Positions 26,544-39,200 of a stretch of 64,000 nt of DNA are shown here, in pieces. Under the pieces are notes generated by a model. The model was not told where the DNA came from. It ran no database searches and saw only the letters and a program-made list of their open reading frames with translations. Numbering within the stretch: the first letter of the stretch is position 1; each line of letters starts with the position of its first letter. Origin of the DNA: Clostridiales bacterium (GTDB taxonomy: Bacteria; Bacillota; Clostridia; Christensenellales; Aristaeellaceae); the NCBI GenBank assembly GCA_015056245.1, contig SVGQ01000003.1, forward strand, positions 2,689 through 66,688. Reading direction: 5' to 3'. The position numbers and the translations under genes were made by a program.

Positions 26544-27306
26544 GATTCGTGCGTTTGCGCTGCGCAACTGGAAGGAGATCCTGCGGGATCCCCTGAGCTA
26601 CATTTTCTGTCTGGGCTTCCCGATGGTGATGCTGGTGATCATGACGCTGGTGGACCGAAGCATTCCGGCGCAGGTGGGCATGACCATCTTCCACATCGAA
26701 AACCTTTCCGGCGGCATTATGGTGTTCGGCCTCACCTTTGTGATGCTTTTCACCGCCATTACCGTTGCCAAGGACCGCAGCGGCGCGTTCCTTCTGCGCA
26801 TGTACGCCAGCCCCATGACCGCCATGGATTTTGTGTTGGGGTATCTGCTGCCCATGCTGTGCATCGCGCTTTTGCAGGCGCTGTTGATCGGTATCTGCTC
26901 CATGGTGGTATCCCTGCTGGTAGGGAATGCGTTATCCATCAGCGGCGTGCTGCTGGCGGTGGTGACGGCCATCCCTTCGGCGGTGTTTTTCATCGGGCTG
27001 GGGCTGCTCTTTGGCACCCTTTGCAATGACAAAGCAGCACCGGGCTTGTGCTCCATCGTCATTTCCCTGGGATCCTTTCTGGGTTCCATTTGGTTTGATG
27101 CGGAGGCAACGGGCGGCGTGCTTCTGAAGATCAGCCGGTGCCTGCCTTTCCATTACTGCACTAAGAGCCTGCGGGCGGCTGTTCAGCTGAACCTGACCGG
27201 GGAAGCCTACTGGGCTGCGCTGGGGATCACGGCGGCGTGCGCGCTGGTGATGACCCTGCTGGCGGCTGCGGTGTTCCGTGGAAAGATGCGGGCGGAGATG
27301 GCGTGA
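26536..27306 (+). CDS. ABC-2-type transporter permease (256 aa)
   Basis: It overlaps the ATPase gene by 8 nt, has about six TM helices and has the typical ABC-2 exporter arrangement. Confidence 0.85.
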   Translation: MHKIRAFALRNWKEILRDPLSYIFCLGFPMVMLVIMTLVDRSIPAQVGMTIFHIENLSGGIMVFGLTFVMLFTAITVAKDRSGAFLLRMYASPMTAMDFVLGYLLPMLCIALLQALLIGICSMVVSLLVGNALSISGVLLAVVTAIPSAVFFIGLGLLFGTLCNDKAAPGLCSIVISLGSFLGSIWFDAEATGGVLLKISRCLPFHYCTKSLRAAVQLNLTGEAYWAALGITAACALVMTLLAAAVFRGKMRAEMA

Positions 27307-27354
27307 GTGTGATTAGCCCTGAAACAATAATGCAAATAGATGACCATCCAACCG

Positions 27355-27388
27355 GACTGCGGGCAAATTGCCCGCAGTCTGTTTTGTT
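27355..27388 (+). terminator. Rho-independent terminator after the ABC operon
   Basis: GACTGCGGG pairs with CCCGCAGTC around a short loop and is followed by TGTTTTGTT. Confidence 0.7.
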
Positions 27389-27577
27389 ACTCCAAAACGG
27401 CAAGGTTGGTTTTTGCTTGCTCGTCTATCACAGTAATGATTCAATAAAATGATATATGTTACATAACAACAAAAAATAATTCATAGAATTTACCAATTAT
27501 GGTGTTGATTTCATCTGCAGATTGTAATACTATCAGTGTATAGTGCAGAAGAATGCACAAAGAAAGGATGATAAAGC

Positions 27578-29281
27578 ATGAAGAATCGAAAGCTGATTCT
27601 GTGTGTTAGCACCATTCTGGCGCTGGCAATCAGCCTGACCGGAACGCTGGCCTACTTGACAGATACCGATGCGGACGTTAACGTCATGACACTTGGTAAT
27701 GTTGATATCCTTCAGAATGAGCAGGAGCGTGTGAAGGATGCAGAGGGCAACTACACCACTGATCTGAAGCAATACTCCAATAATCAAATGCTCCTCCCTG
27801 CCGTGTATGATGGAACCATTGGCGAGCCCGAGCGCATGAAGGATCTGGTTGTGGGCGATTATGCCATCACCCTGAGCAGCGGCGTTCGTACCTTCCCCAA
27901 TTACATGGACAAGATTGTAACCGTGACCAACAGAGGTAACTCTGATGCTTACGTACGTACCATCATTGCAAAACCCGCCGGCGTCAACGACCTTGATGAC
28001 AGCAATGGTGTATCTGATGTATGGCTGCATACCAATGTACTCAGTGATACCGATACTACGCCTCCAAGCGGTTGGTATTGGGGCAAGAGCATGGAAGACG
28101 GCGAGTGGCCTCAGACCTATACGCTCAAGAACGTTGAGATCAACGGCGCCCTGTATGACATTTCTGTAGCGACCAATGTGAATCCGATCAAGCCTAAGCA
28201 GACTACCGGCCCCAACCTTGTTGGTTTGTATCTGGACAATGATGTGGATTTCAATGGAACGGAATATACCGCTAAAAATGAAGCGGGCGAGATTGTCACT
28301 GTTTGGAGCAAGCCTGAAATAAAGGTTTTGGTTCTCTCTCAGGCTGTACAGACTGCTGGCTTTACTGATGCATTTGTTGCCCTTAAAGAAGCTTTTGGCG
28401 ATGTGACGGCTGAAACCGCCAAAGCTTGGTTTGAGTCCATTGGTACCGATATTCCCGTCAGCTCTCCTGGCGACGAAAACGATACCAACGATCCGCCGTT
28501 GTTCCCCACGGAAGTCTCTACCTTTGAGGAACTGGTTGCAGCTTTTGCACAGGGCGGCGCTGTAAAGCTGAAGAACGACATCGAATTGAAGGGTGTCGTG
28601 AATCTGCCGGAGGGTGTCAGTGTGAATCTGGATATGAACGGAAAAACCCTGACTGCCGCGGATGCCTCTGTGGATCCCATGATTTGGACAGATCCCGGTT
28701 CTTCTCTGGTCATCACCGGCGATGGTACAGTTGATCTGGGTGATTACAAGCTGATGTCTTTCATTGTTCCTTGTGGTGATTTGACCATCAAGAATGGTAC
28801 TTATCTGAAGAATAACGCTGGCGGAACTGAAGATAAATACGGCGCTTTCATTGTCGGTACCAAGAACGGTGGCACAGTGATCATTGAAGACGGCTACTTC
28901 GACGGCGGTTTCTATGACAGCAACGCGGACAAGCCCTTTACAGAGACGGAAGCGGATAAAGCCAATCGGGGCAAACCCGCCGATAAGAACGCTTACAGAA
29001 TGGCTGTAAAGTACAATGTGGCAAAACTGCTGAATACCTCTTCCAACACGATGATCGTATATGGCGGTACTTTTGTTGGCGCTAACCCCGCCTATGGTGA
29101 TGAAGGCTGTGCGCTGCCCATCACACCGGATTATCTCCGGCCGTGGTCTTACTACCAGGGCACATTCCTGGAGGGGCAGCAGGTGTACGATGATAAGCTC
29201 GATATTCCTGCTGGATATACCATCACCGAAGGCACCGCCAGTGATGGCAGACCCACCTATACCGTTACCTATACCAAGTAA
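27578..29281 (+). CDS. Secreted protein with a SipW-dependent (TasA/camelysin-type) signal peptide and a C-terminal beta-helix-like region (567 aa)
   Basis: The N-terminus MKNRKLILCVSTILALAISLTGTLAYLTDTDA matches the SipW-cognate pattern (..GT.AY.TD). The C-terminal half has short repeats such as GVSVNLDMNGKTLTA and LVITGDGTVDLGD, suggestive of a parallel beta-helix (speculative). Confidence 0.8.
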   Translation: MKNRKLILCVSTILALAISLTGTLAYLTDTDADVNVMTLGNVDILQNEQERVKDAEGNYTTDLKQYSNNQMLLPAVYDGTIGEPERMKDLVVGDYAITLSSGVRTFPNYMDKIVTVTNRGNSDAYVRTIIAKPAGVNDLDDSNGVSDVWLHTNVLSDTDTTPPSGWYWGKSMEDGEWPQTYTLKNVEINGALYDISVATNVNPIKPKQTTGPNLVGLYLDNDVDFNGTEYTAKNEAGEIVTVWSKPEIKVLVLSQAVQTAGFTDAFVALKEAFGDVTAETAKAWFESIGTDIPVSSPGDENDTNDPPLFPTEVSTFEELVAAFAQGGAVKLKNDIELKGVVNLPEGVSVNLDMNGKTLTAADASVDPMIWTDPGSSLVITGDGTVDLGDYKLMSFIVPCGDLTIKNGTYLKNNAGGTEDKYGAFIVGTKNGGTVIIEDGYFDGGFYDSNADKPFTETEADKANRGKPADKNAYRMAVKYNVAKLLNTSSNTMIVYGGTFVGANPAYGDEGCALPITPDYLRPWSYYQGTFLEGQQVYDDKLDIPAGYTITEGTASDGRPTYTVTYTK

Positions 29282-29735
29282 TCGCCTTTATGAACTTCCG
29301 GCATAATACCTAAAGTCAGGCCGCCCATTCCGATCCGGGATGGGCGGCTTAGGTCGTCAAAAAATTGCCATCGGCAACTTTTTTGGCGAGTCTTGCACCG
29401 TTTGCCTAGGAGCCTACGGCTCCCCGGGCGGCAAACGGCGATAGGAGCCCCTTGCTGCGCAAGGGTTCCGAAACCACCGGAAGGGTGAGCGAAGCGAATC
29501 GAGGCGCGAGGACAGCGCGAAGCGCTCCCGCAGTGCCGAAGCCCAAAACAAACCGAAGGTTGGGTTTGGGCCGCAACACATGTCGCTGGTTTCGGTTTGG
29601 CAATTGGAGGGCTGCAGCCCTCCAATACCTCCATGGGTTGTTTGACAGTCTGAGCCCCTTCCAAGTGGGAGGGGCTGTTGCTTTGCATACTGACAAAGAA
29701 AAGAAAAACGCCTTTGCTTTCGCAAAGACGTTTGC

Positions 29736-29811
<76 letters not shown>

Positions 29812-29832
29812 ATTGCTTAACGCAACATTGAT

Positions 29833-29861
29833 ATATTAGCATAACTTTGATGATTTGACAA
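29833..29861 (-). promoter_or_regulatory. Promoter of tRNA-Thr
   Basis: On the minus strand: TTGTCA (29856-29861), a 17-nt spacer and TAATAT (29833-29838), about 20 nt upstream of the mature tRNA 5' end. Confidence 0.55.
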
Positions 29862-30110
29862 GGGGGTAAATGAAAAAAATCGAAAAAATTTTTCACCGAT
29901 CTATAGCAGGAGTTTTTTATGGACGTGGAGAAGTTATATTGTTAGCAATCAAAACGCAGATCGATAGGATCAACAAAAAACTGCACAAAATACAGATGTA
30001 ATTTTTGGCTATTTTTCATGAAATTTTAGCCAAGCCAAGCACAAGATGTTGTGTTCGGCTAAAACCGTTGATTTATAAGGCTTTGCGATGGTTACAAGAA
30101 GGTTACAAAT

Positions 30111-30139
30111 TTGACACAAGTCTTGTATCGCCTTAAAAT
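30111..30139 (+). promoter_or_regulatory. Candidate promoter of the giant adhesin gene
   Basis: TTGACA (30111-30116), a 17-nt spacer and TAAAAT (30134-30139). An alternative extended -10, TGCTAATAT, follows immediately. Two GGTTACAA direct repeats lie just upstream. Confidence 0.5.
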
Positions 30140-30229
30140 GCTAATATACAATGATTGGCATTGTATACACTAGTTGAAGAATGTACCAATACTGCCCCTG
30201 AAATATGGGGCGCAAAGGAGTATTGTCGT

Positions 30230-33200
30230 ATGAAGAAAATGGAGAACTTCTTCCGGAGAGCCCTGTCCATGCTGATGTGTATCTGCATGCTGACGGGCAA
30301 CATGGGCGGAGCGTTCGCGGTTGAATCCAACGACGCTTCTGTTCTTGTTGCTTCTGAAGAGCAGTCCATCGTGCGGGCCACGATGGGTTATCAGGGCATC
30401 AGAGCTGCGAATTACGGAACAAATCTGTCGGATAGCCCCAATGCCAGTGATCCGTATTACGCACATTACCTGGTTGATATTAGTATCACCGGTATTATGC
30501 AAGAGGCAAAGGTCGCGCTCAACCACGGCTTTGATGCCGCCGGAGCGCCTACCGTAAAGCTGCAATCCGGAAGCAATGTCACTGTTGATTGGTCTGCAGC
30601 CGACAGCAGCATCGTTCTGAGTGGTGAGAATCTGGCGGGTACCACGTGCCAGGTTCTTGTTAGCGTTCCGCTGAAAGATTCTGCGGTTGCCAGCCTGCTC
30701 AACGGCGGTGTTGTCAACTCCAAGCTGACCGACAGCGAAGGCACTGATACTGAGCAGATCAAGCTCAATCCTCAGGTGTCTTTGGTGCGGGCTGAGCAAG
30801 GTGCCTACCACAAGTGGACCCTCACCTATCAGTGTGAAGGCATCCAGATGAGCAATACCAGCTTTACCGCACAGGTAAACAATGGCACCATTCTGGATTA
30901 TGACACGGCTCCTTACGGTGTGAAGCTCTCTACGAAAGCATGTGGTGCAACGATCCAAGGGCATGAACGTAAGCTGGATGCTCAGACCCTGTATTTTGAG
31001 CATGTAACTGACTATAATGCTCACAAATCGGGCGATGCCAACTGCTTCAATACCGATTTTGAAGCTGTCTTCTATTCCTCCAAGGAAGGAACCACTCCCA
31101 CCATCTGCTCCGTGTCCCTGCTGCCCGAGCAGGTCGGCGTTGAATGGGATATCGCCACTTCTTCCGCTGGTGCTGCCCGCCTCTACAAGAGCGGCAAGGC
31201 TGTCGTGATCAATGGCGAGAAGTTCATTGAGTGGACGCTGAAGGTCGGCAACGTTACCCCCGGCGTTGAAATGACCATTTCTGATACCATCACCGGCAGC
31301 AAGCTGAAGGTGGATGCTCAGCATGTTCTGAAGATCACCGGTGAAACTGCCAATGCGCAGTTCGCGAAAGATTCGAATGAACTGAACAACGCTGGTGTTT
31401 CTGCAACTGAAAACGGCTTTACTGTTAAGCTCAAGCAGGAAGAAGCCTGCAACGGTCAGGATATCGTCATTACTTACTACTCTGATGTAGAAAAGACGAA
31501 CGCTGCCCATAACAATACCTATTTTGAGCAGAATACGTCCGATATCAAGAATACCGCCAGTCTGTCTGCAAGTGATGGCTATAATGAGGAGCAGACCCTC
31601 GCCAACGTTACCGCCAAGGTGACCGACACCGTCAAGACCCTTGAGGTAACGGTGAACACCAACTCCGAAGTGAAGGCTGAAGGCGACAAGCTGACCCTTT
31701 ATGCCTGCGCTGTGGATGCCAACGGCAACCTGGCCACTGTTCCGGTCAAGCTCCAGAAGTACTCCAATACCGAGTTCAAGTCCGGCCTGATGTATGATGC
31801 GCAGAACGGCACCGAGCCCTGCCTGCTGGTGCCCGCTGCGGCTGATACCGATACCGAGGAAGACAAGCAGAACTACGTCAACTATAACGGCACCAACTAC
31901 AAGGTTCATAAGCTTGGCGACATCCTCTATCTGGATGTGGATAACGACGGCTATGACAAGGTCTGGCCCAAGGACTTCTTCAGCATTGACGAGATGACCG
32001 AATCCGGCAACAAGCTGAACATCAAGCTGTCCAACAACGAAGAGATCGGTCTGGAAGGCCTTGCTGAAGCCTTCAAGGGCAATCTGTACATCAACACGGT
32101 TTACAACGAGTTTGTGAATCAGCAGCTGGGCACCGGCATCGACTATTTCGATGAGGACCAGTATCTGGGCATTGCCGGCAACTTCCATATTGTTGCTTTC
32201 GGCAAGGCCGAGTTGAAGACCCACTGTAACGGTAACATCCTGGCTCACGAGCTGGTTGCGGGCTCCAACTTCGGTACCAACGGTTATCCCTTCGAAGTTA
32301 CCTATGTGCAGAAGTACACGGGCGTGCATTCCACCAGCGCCAGCTCCAATAACCATCTGCTGGTTCTGGGCAGCTACAATGATTTCGCCCTGACCGAAAA
32401 GAACGGCAAGCTGTATGTTACCAACGAGGTAAACGGCAGCAAGATCGATACTCCCCAGAACCTGATGATCGATCTGAATACCGATACGGCTCCTTTCATC
32501 GATCTGAACTACGTTGAGAACGAGATCGAAAACAAATCCGCTGCTCTGGTAGGCCGTGAGGGCGGCGTCAGCGTGGTTGCTGCCAATCCCAGCCAGCAGC
32601 ACAACAAGTTTATCCTCAATACTCCCGACGGCACCGGCTACCTGAACCTGACCGCCGCCGAGCTGAACTCCATGAGCAATCTGCCCGTGCAGCTGGAAGG
32701 CTTCAAGGGCGGTCACATGGGCACCATGGTCATCAACGTGGACTGCTCCGGCGTCGGCGAAGTGAAGATGCCCTCCGAAGCCCGCATCTTTGTGGACGGC
32801 GTTGCTCAGGGCACCGGCGAAGTGACCGAGTTTACCAACGGCCGCGTCATCTGGAACTTCTATAATGAAGGAAGCACGAAGATCACCACCTCCGGCGCCA
32901 TGACCGGTATGATCATCGCTCCTCAGGCTACCATCGATGTGGCTGGTAACGTGAACGGTACCGTTGTGGGCCACAACATCGAGGTTACCCGCGAATCTCA
33001 CCGTACCGACTTCAAGGGCAAGGTGTCTGCCGCTCTGGCTGACTTCTCTGCCACTAAGCTGGTTGACGGTCAGACCCCCAACATGGCGTTCACCTTTGTG
33101 CTGGAAGAGCTGGTGGACGGTAACTGGAAGGTAGTCGAGGAAACCACCAACAACGGCAAAAACGTTAAGTTCAGCAAGATCAAGTACGAAGAAGAAGGCG

Positions 33201-36200
33201 AACACAAGTACAGAATCAGCGAAATTACGCCGGATGGCTATACTTGTGATACGGAAGCCTACTATGTCTGCGTTAACGTGACCCGTTCTCAGTCCGGCAG
33301 CGATACCCGCTACTGGCCCGAGTACAGATACTACGCTGACGCTAACTATTCCCAGAAGCTGGACGGCCCCGAGTCCTTCCGGTTTAATAACCGTACCACG
33401 ACTGTCGGCAATGATAAGACGTCCATCTATGGTAAGAAGGAATGGAACGACAACAACAACTCTGACGGCACTCGTCCGGCTCAGGTTGACATCGTTCTGC
33501 TGCGTAATGGCAGTGAAGTTACCACCAGCACCGGCAAGGTGATGGCGTTTGCCAGCGCGCAAACCAACTGGGAGTGGGGATTCTCCGGCTTGGATAAGTA
33601 CGACTCCAATCATGTAGAATACAATTATACCGTTAAGGAAATCCCCGTTGCCAAGTATGAGACGGTGATCACCCAGAACGGCAATCAGTTCACCATTACC
33701 AATACCCATCAGCCTGCCAAGGTGCAGATCTCTGCCACCAAGGAATGGGCTGGCACGCTTCCCGATGGCATCAGCCATCCCACCGAAGTAACCATCAAGC
33801 TGTACAAGCAGGATAATTCCGGCCTCCGCGAAGCCAATCCTCTGCAGACGGTCCAGCTGAACAGCGACAATCAGTGGACTCACACCTTTACCGATCTGCC
33901 CAAGATGGCAAACGGCAAGGAGATCGTGTATGAGATCGTTGAAGATCCGATCGATAAGTACACCGTTGAAGTGATCCAGACTGAAAAGACCACCGATAGC
34001 GATGGCAACACTTCCTATAAATATACCGTTAAGAATACCTACAATGGCAAAGAGATTGAGAAGTGCAACGTTGACTTCTTGAAGCGCTGGAAGAACGATA
34101 CTGAATCCATGCGTCCTGCGTCCATTGAAATCGTTCTGAAGCGTTGGATCGGCGGCGTGTGGGGAACCACGGATCCCACCTACAGCGAAAAGTACACCGT
34201 CACGGCGGAAAATGGTTGGACCATGCGTTGGGAAGGCCTGCCCAAGTATAATGACGAGGGCAAGCAATACTACTACTATGTAGAAGAAATTCCTCTGGAC
34301 AACTATACGGTCAGCTGCATCTACGAAGATAACGCTGGCTTGAATGTAAAAGAACACATTGTCATGACCAACACCTACGTTAAGCCCACTGGCGCTCAGC
34401 TTAAGAAGGTGTGGGAAGGCATTAATCCTGTCAGTGTCAACAACAATGTTGTAACCTTTAAGTTTAACCGTCATGAAGCTGATGGCTCAAAGACCTATCT
34501 CTTTGATGTAGAACTGAAGTATAACTACTATCATCAGGGATGGGAGCTCATTAGCCCCAGGAATGCCACGCTTCAGCAGAGCAATCCGTTTACGGCGAGC
34601 GCTGACTTTACCGTTACGGTCGATAAGGATTCGCTCGGTAAACCCCTGCCTTCCGCTGATGCAAACGGAAATCCCTATACCTATGCCTTCGAAGAAGTTT
34701 CCATCACGCGTGATGGCGTGGATGTCACGGATGAGTACCTCTCTACTGCGGTTACGGAGAACAACGTGACTACTGTTACCAATGCGGATAATTCGCTTGG
34801 TATTACTGTGACGAAGGTATGGGAAGGTACTGACAATCCTCCCACTGATAACATCTGGGTTACTGTTGGCTATAAGCTCCAGAATGGTGGAACTCAAAAC
34901 TATCAGAATGTTCAGTTGTCTAATTCGAATGATTGGACGGTAACGTTGACCAATTTGCCCATGGTCGATAAGAATGGCCAGCAAGTTGAATACTATTATG
35001 TCCAAGAAGACATCTACGTTGGCAATGATTATATTGTTACCTATTCCGGAGATGGTTCGGATATCGGCAACAAACAGTTCAAGGTAGTGTTTGGCGACAG
35101 TAATCGTGCATCGGTTACCATTACCAATACGAAGAAGCAGTATGTAACACTCAAACTTACCAAGATTTGGGATGATGCTGGTTTTGCCGATCATCGTCCG
35201 ACGGTTCTGAAATTCAATCTTTATCGTTCTACCGAGGAAGATGTTATTCCTGAGTCTCCGTTTATTAGCGGAGTGGAATTCCGTTGGTATAATGATGCCT
35301 GGCATATCGATGGCAATGCAGCTACAAGCGTTTTGGAAAATGGTAGTTTCGAGTATGAATTCAACTATCTTCATGGTAATCCGTTCCCGAGCCATGATGA
35401 TGCTGGAAATGCGTATTACTACTATTTCAGAGAGGTCGAGGCTTATACCGAGCAGGGTGATCAAAAGAACGATTTCCTGCCTCTGTATGAAGTCATTACC
35501 GAACAGAACGGCAACTACGAAACCATCATCACCAACCAGCGCGGCGACCAGACCGTCGAACTCCCCGTAATCAAGGAGTGGGTCGGCGGCGACGAGACCG
35601 AGCAGGCCAATCGTCCCAGCGTGACGCTGCAGCTGCTGGCTGATGGCGAACCTGTGGAAGACCAGACTGTTGAGCTGCCCAAGACCGGCGACAACAACGA
35701 AAAGATCTGGAACCATACCTTCACCGAACTGCCCAAGACCACGGATGAAGGCGCTGAGATCGTCTACACCGTGGAAGAACTCGACGTTCCCGCTGAGTAT
35801 GATGTATCCTACGTATACAATACCGACGAGAACGGCACCGCCAAGGTCATCAACACCTATGTTGATGCGGTTAGCGCACAGCTTGAGGCCACCAAGACTC
35901 TGGTTGGCAAGGATCTGGCTGCCGGTGATTTCACCTTCACGCTGCGCAGTGATTACGATTACAATGAACCCAAGATCCCCATGCCTGCGGATGACTATCA
36001 CATCACCAAGAAGGATGAGCCCGATACCATCGTCGCTTATGCCATCGACGTGACCAATGGTCAGAACGTCTCCAATGAAGGCGAGCAGACGGAAGGCTGG
36101 GAGCAGAAGGTTATCTTCCCCGCCATCAGCTATAAGCTGTCCGACCTGAAGGATGCCAATGGCAATATCAGCGCCAGCAAGGTCTTTGAGTACGAAATCT

Positions 36201-39200
36201 ACGAGGCCGAAGGCACTGATCAGGATATCATCTACGATACCATGGTCATCCCCGTGAAGGTGACTGTGAACTATAACAGCGAGACCAAGGAGCTGTCCAT
36301 TGGTTCCATCACCTATAATGACGCTACCGATATCCCCGAAATCATCAATACCTATGTTGCACCCGCCGCCGAGAACCTGGAAGCCACCAAGACCCTGAAT
36401 GGTCGCGATCTGGCTGCCGGTGAGTTCGCGTTTACTGTGGAGGCGGTTACCGCTGGCGCGCCCATGCCCGCCAATGCTACTGCGACAAACGCCGCTGATG
36501 GCAGCATCGTCTTTGGCGAGATGACCTTCAAGCTGTCTCATCTGATGAATGCCAACCTGCAGGTTGTTTCTCCGCAGACCTTCACCTACAAGATCACTGA
36601 AACTGCCGGTTCCCTGCCCGGCGTGGACTACGATGAGTCCGTTTTCTATGCGGATATCACCGTGACTCTGCTGGATGACGGCACCCTGCAGATCAGTGAA
36701 CCTTCCTACTATCAGCTGAATGGTAATGAGCAGGTGAGCAAGGCTGCTGCTGCATTCGTCAACACTTACGAAGCGGCTGAAACCGAGATCGTCCTGCCCT
36801 TCACCAAGACGCTGAACAACGGCAACCACGAGAAGAACACCGTTCCCCGCAACTTCTCCTTCAAGTTGGAAGGCGCAGACATCACCCGTGAGGCACAGGT
36901 GACTGTACCTGCCAATTCTAATGCGGCTGTGACCGGTCAGTTCGCTAAGATCGATTACACCAAGGCAGGCGTTTACACCTACACCGTGACCGAAACCAGC
37001 GGTTCGGATGGCGACATCGTTTACGATGGCACCAGCTACACGGTCACCGTGACTGTTACCGACAATCTCAACGGTCAGCTGGTTGCTACCAAGGAAATCA
37101 AGAAGAACAACGAAATTGTGAACGATATCGCGTTCGTGAACAACTACGTTGCTCCCATTGATGTGGTTCTGGAAGCCACCAAGACCCTGAACAACAAGAC
37201 CCTGAACGCCAACCAGTTCACCTTCGAGCTGACCGGCGATGGACTGACCTCTGCCATCACTGCCACCAACGGCGTTGGAGACGATGTGAACAAGGTTCAG
37301 TTCCCCTATATCACCTACACGCTGGATGATGTGTACGGTGAGGTCAACAACAGCAAGACCTTTACCTACAGCATCAAGGAAATCGCTGGCGAAGCCAATA
37401 AGGGCTACACCTACGATTCTGCTATCTACACCGCAGAAGTGACGGTCAGCTACAACAGCGCTACCAATGCGCTGTCTGCCACCACCGTTTACAAGGATGC
37501 CAACGGCACTGTGCTGAATGCAGCTCCCGCGTTCGAGAACACCTACGATGCGGCTGATACCGAACTGGTTATCGAGTTCACCAAGACCCTGAATCAGGGC
37601 GGTTTCAATGCGAAGGAGCGCACCTTCACCTTCACCCTGACCGGTGTTGGCGTGAATCAGACTGCTGTGGTCAAGGTTCCCGCTGGTGTGGCGACCGCTG
37701 TAGAAGGCACGTTTGAAGCCATTTCCTACAGTGCCCCCGGTAACTACACCTACACCGTGACCGAAACCACCGGTCAGGAAAGCGACATCGTCTACGATGG
37801 CAGCTCCTACACCGTGAACGTGAAGGTCGTGGACAATGAGGGCCATCTGGCTGCCAGCATTGAGTCCATTACCAAGAACGATGCAGCCGTTGATGCCATC
37901 GCGTTTGTCAACGACTACATTGCTCCCACCGAAAAGGTTCTGGAAGCCACCAAGACCCTGAACGATGTGGATCAGCTGGGCAAGAAGCTGGCTGCTGGTC
38001 AGTTCACCTTCGAGCTGAGCCCCACCGGCAACGCACCCATGCCCAAGGATGCCGATGGAAAGATCATCAGCACTGCTACCAACGCAGCGGATGGTTCCAT
38101 CTCCTTCGGCGCTATCGAATACACCGCTGATCATGTGGGTATTCATACCTACACCATCAAGGAAAATAAGGATAACAAGCAGAACGGCTATCTGTACGAC
38201 GACAGCGTATTCACCGCTACGGTGACCGTTGACAAGAGTGCCGATGGCAAGACGTTGACTGCCTCTGTTTCCTATACCAAGAATGGCGCAACTGTTGAAA
38301 AGCCTGAGTTCATCAACTCCTACGATGAAACCAGCCTGGACGGCTTCAAGACCTGGGTTGACGAGAACAACGACTACGGCCTCCGTCCTGAGAACCTGGA
38401 GCTGAAGCTGTACCGTTCTGTTAATGGCGGAGAGGCTCAGCCGGTTGTTGGCGCTGTGGCTCAGATCACCAGCAAGAGTGTTGACGGCGACCACAACAAA
38501 TGGAGCTATTCCTTCACCGATCTGCCCCAGTATGTGGATGGCAAGCTTGCCACCTACACGGTTGAGGAAGTTGCGCCCGCCGGCTATATCATGAGCCAGG
38601 ATGGCAACAACTTCACCAACACGCTTGATACTACCAATCTGAGCGGTACCAAGACCTGGGTTGATAACGAGACCCTGAAGGATATCACCCGTCCCGATGC
38701 GATCACCATTACTGCCAAGAGTGGTTCCATCAGCAAATCCACCACCACTGATGCATCCAAGAATTGGGCCTGGACCATTGAAGGCCTGCCCGAGAAGGAT
38801 GACAATGGCAACGTGATCACCTATACCATCGAAGAATCTCCTGTGATTGGTTATAACACCACCTACGACAAGAATTCTGATGGTTCTGATAACATCATCA
38901 ACACTGCTGTTACCACCAGCGTTACCGTTAAGAAGGTCTGGGAGAACAACAGCAATGCTGACAATCAGCCTGACAGCATCAAGGTGCAGCTGAAGGCTGG
39001 TGAAACCCCCATCGGCGAACCTGTTGAGCTGAATGACGAGTCCTGGAGCTACACCTGGAACAACCTGCCCAAGCTCGATAAGGCTAACGCCGAGATCGCT
39101 TACACTGTGGATGAAGTCGAAGTACCGGCTGGCTACGTGAAGGTGATCACCGGCGACAAGACCACCGGCTACCAAATCAAGAACATCTTTGTGGATGGCG

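Noticed and set aside
25467-26567. 366-aa minus-strand ORF across the regulator and ABC ATPase genes
   Set aside because: It is a shadow ORF in GC-rich DNA. The plus-strand frames carry unmistakable HTH and Walker A/B/signature motifs.
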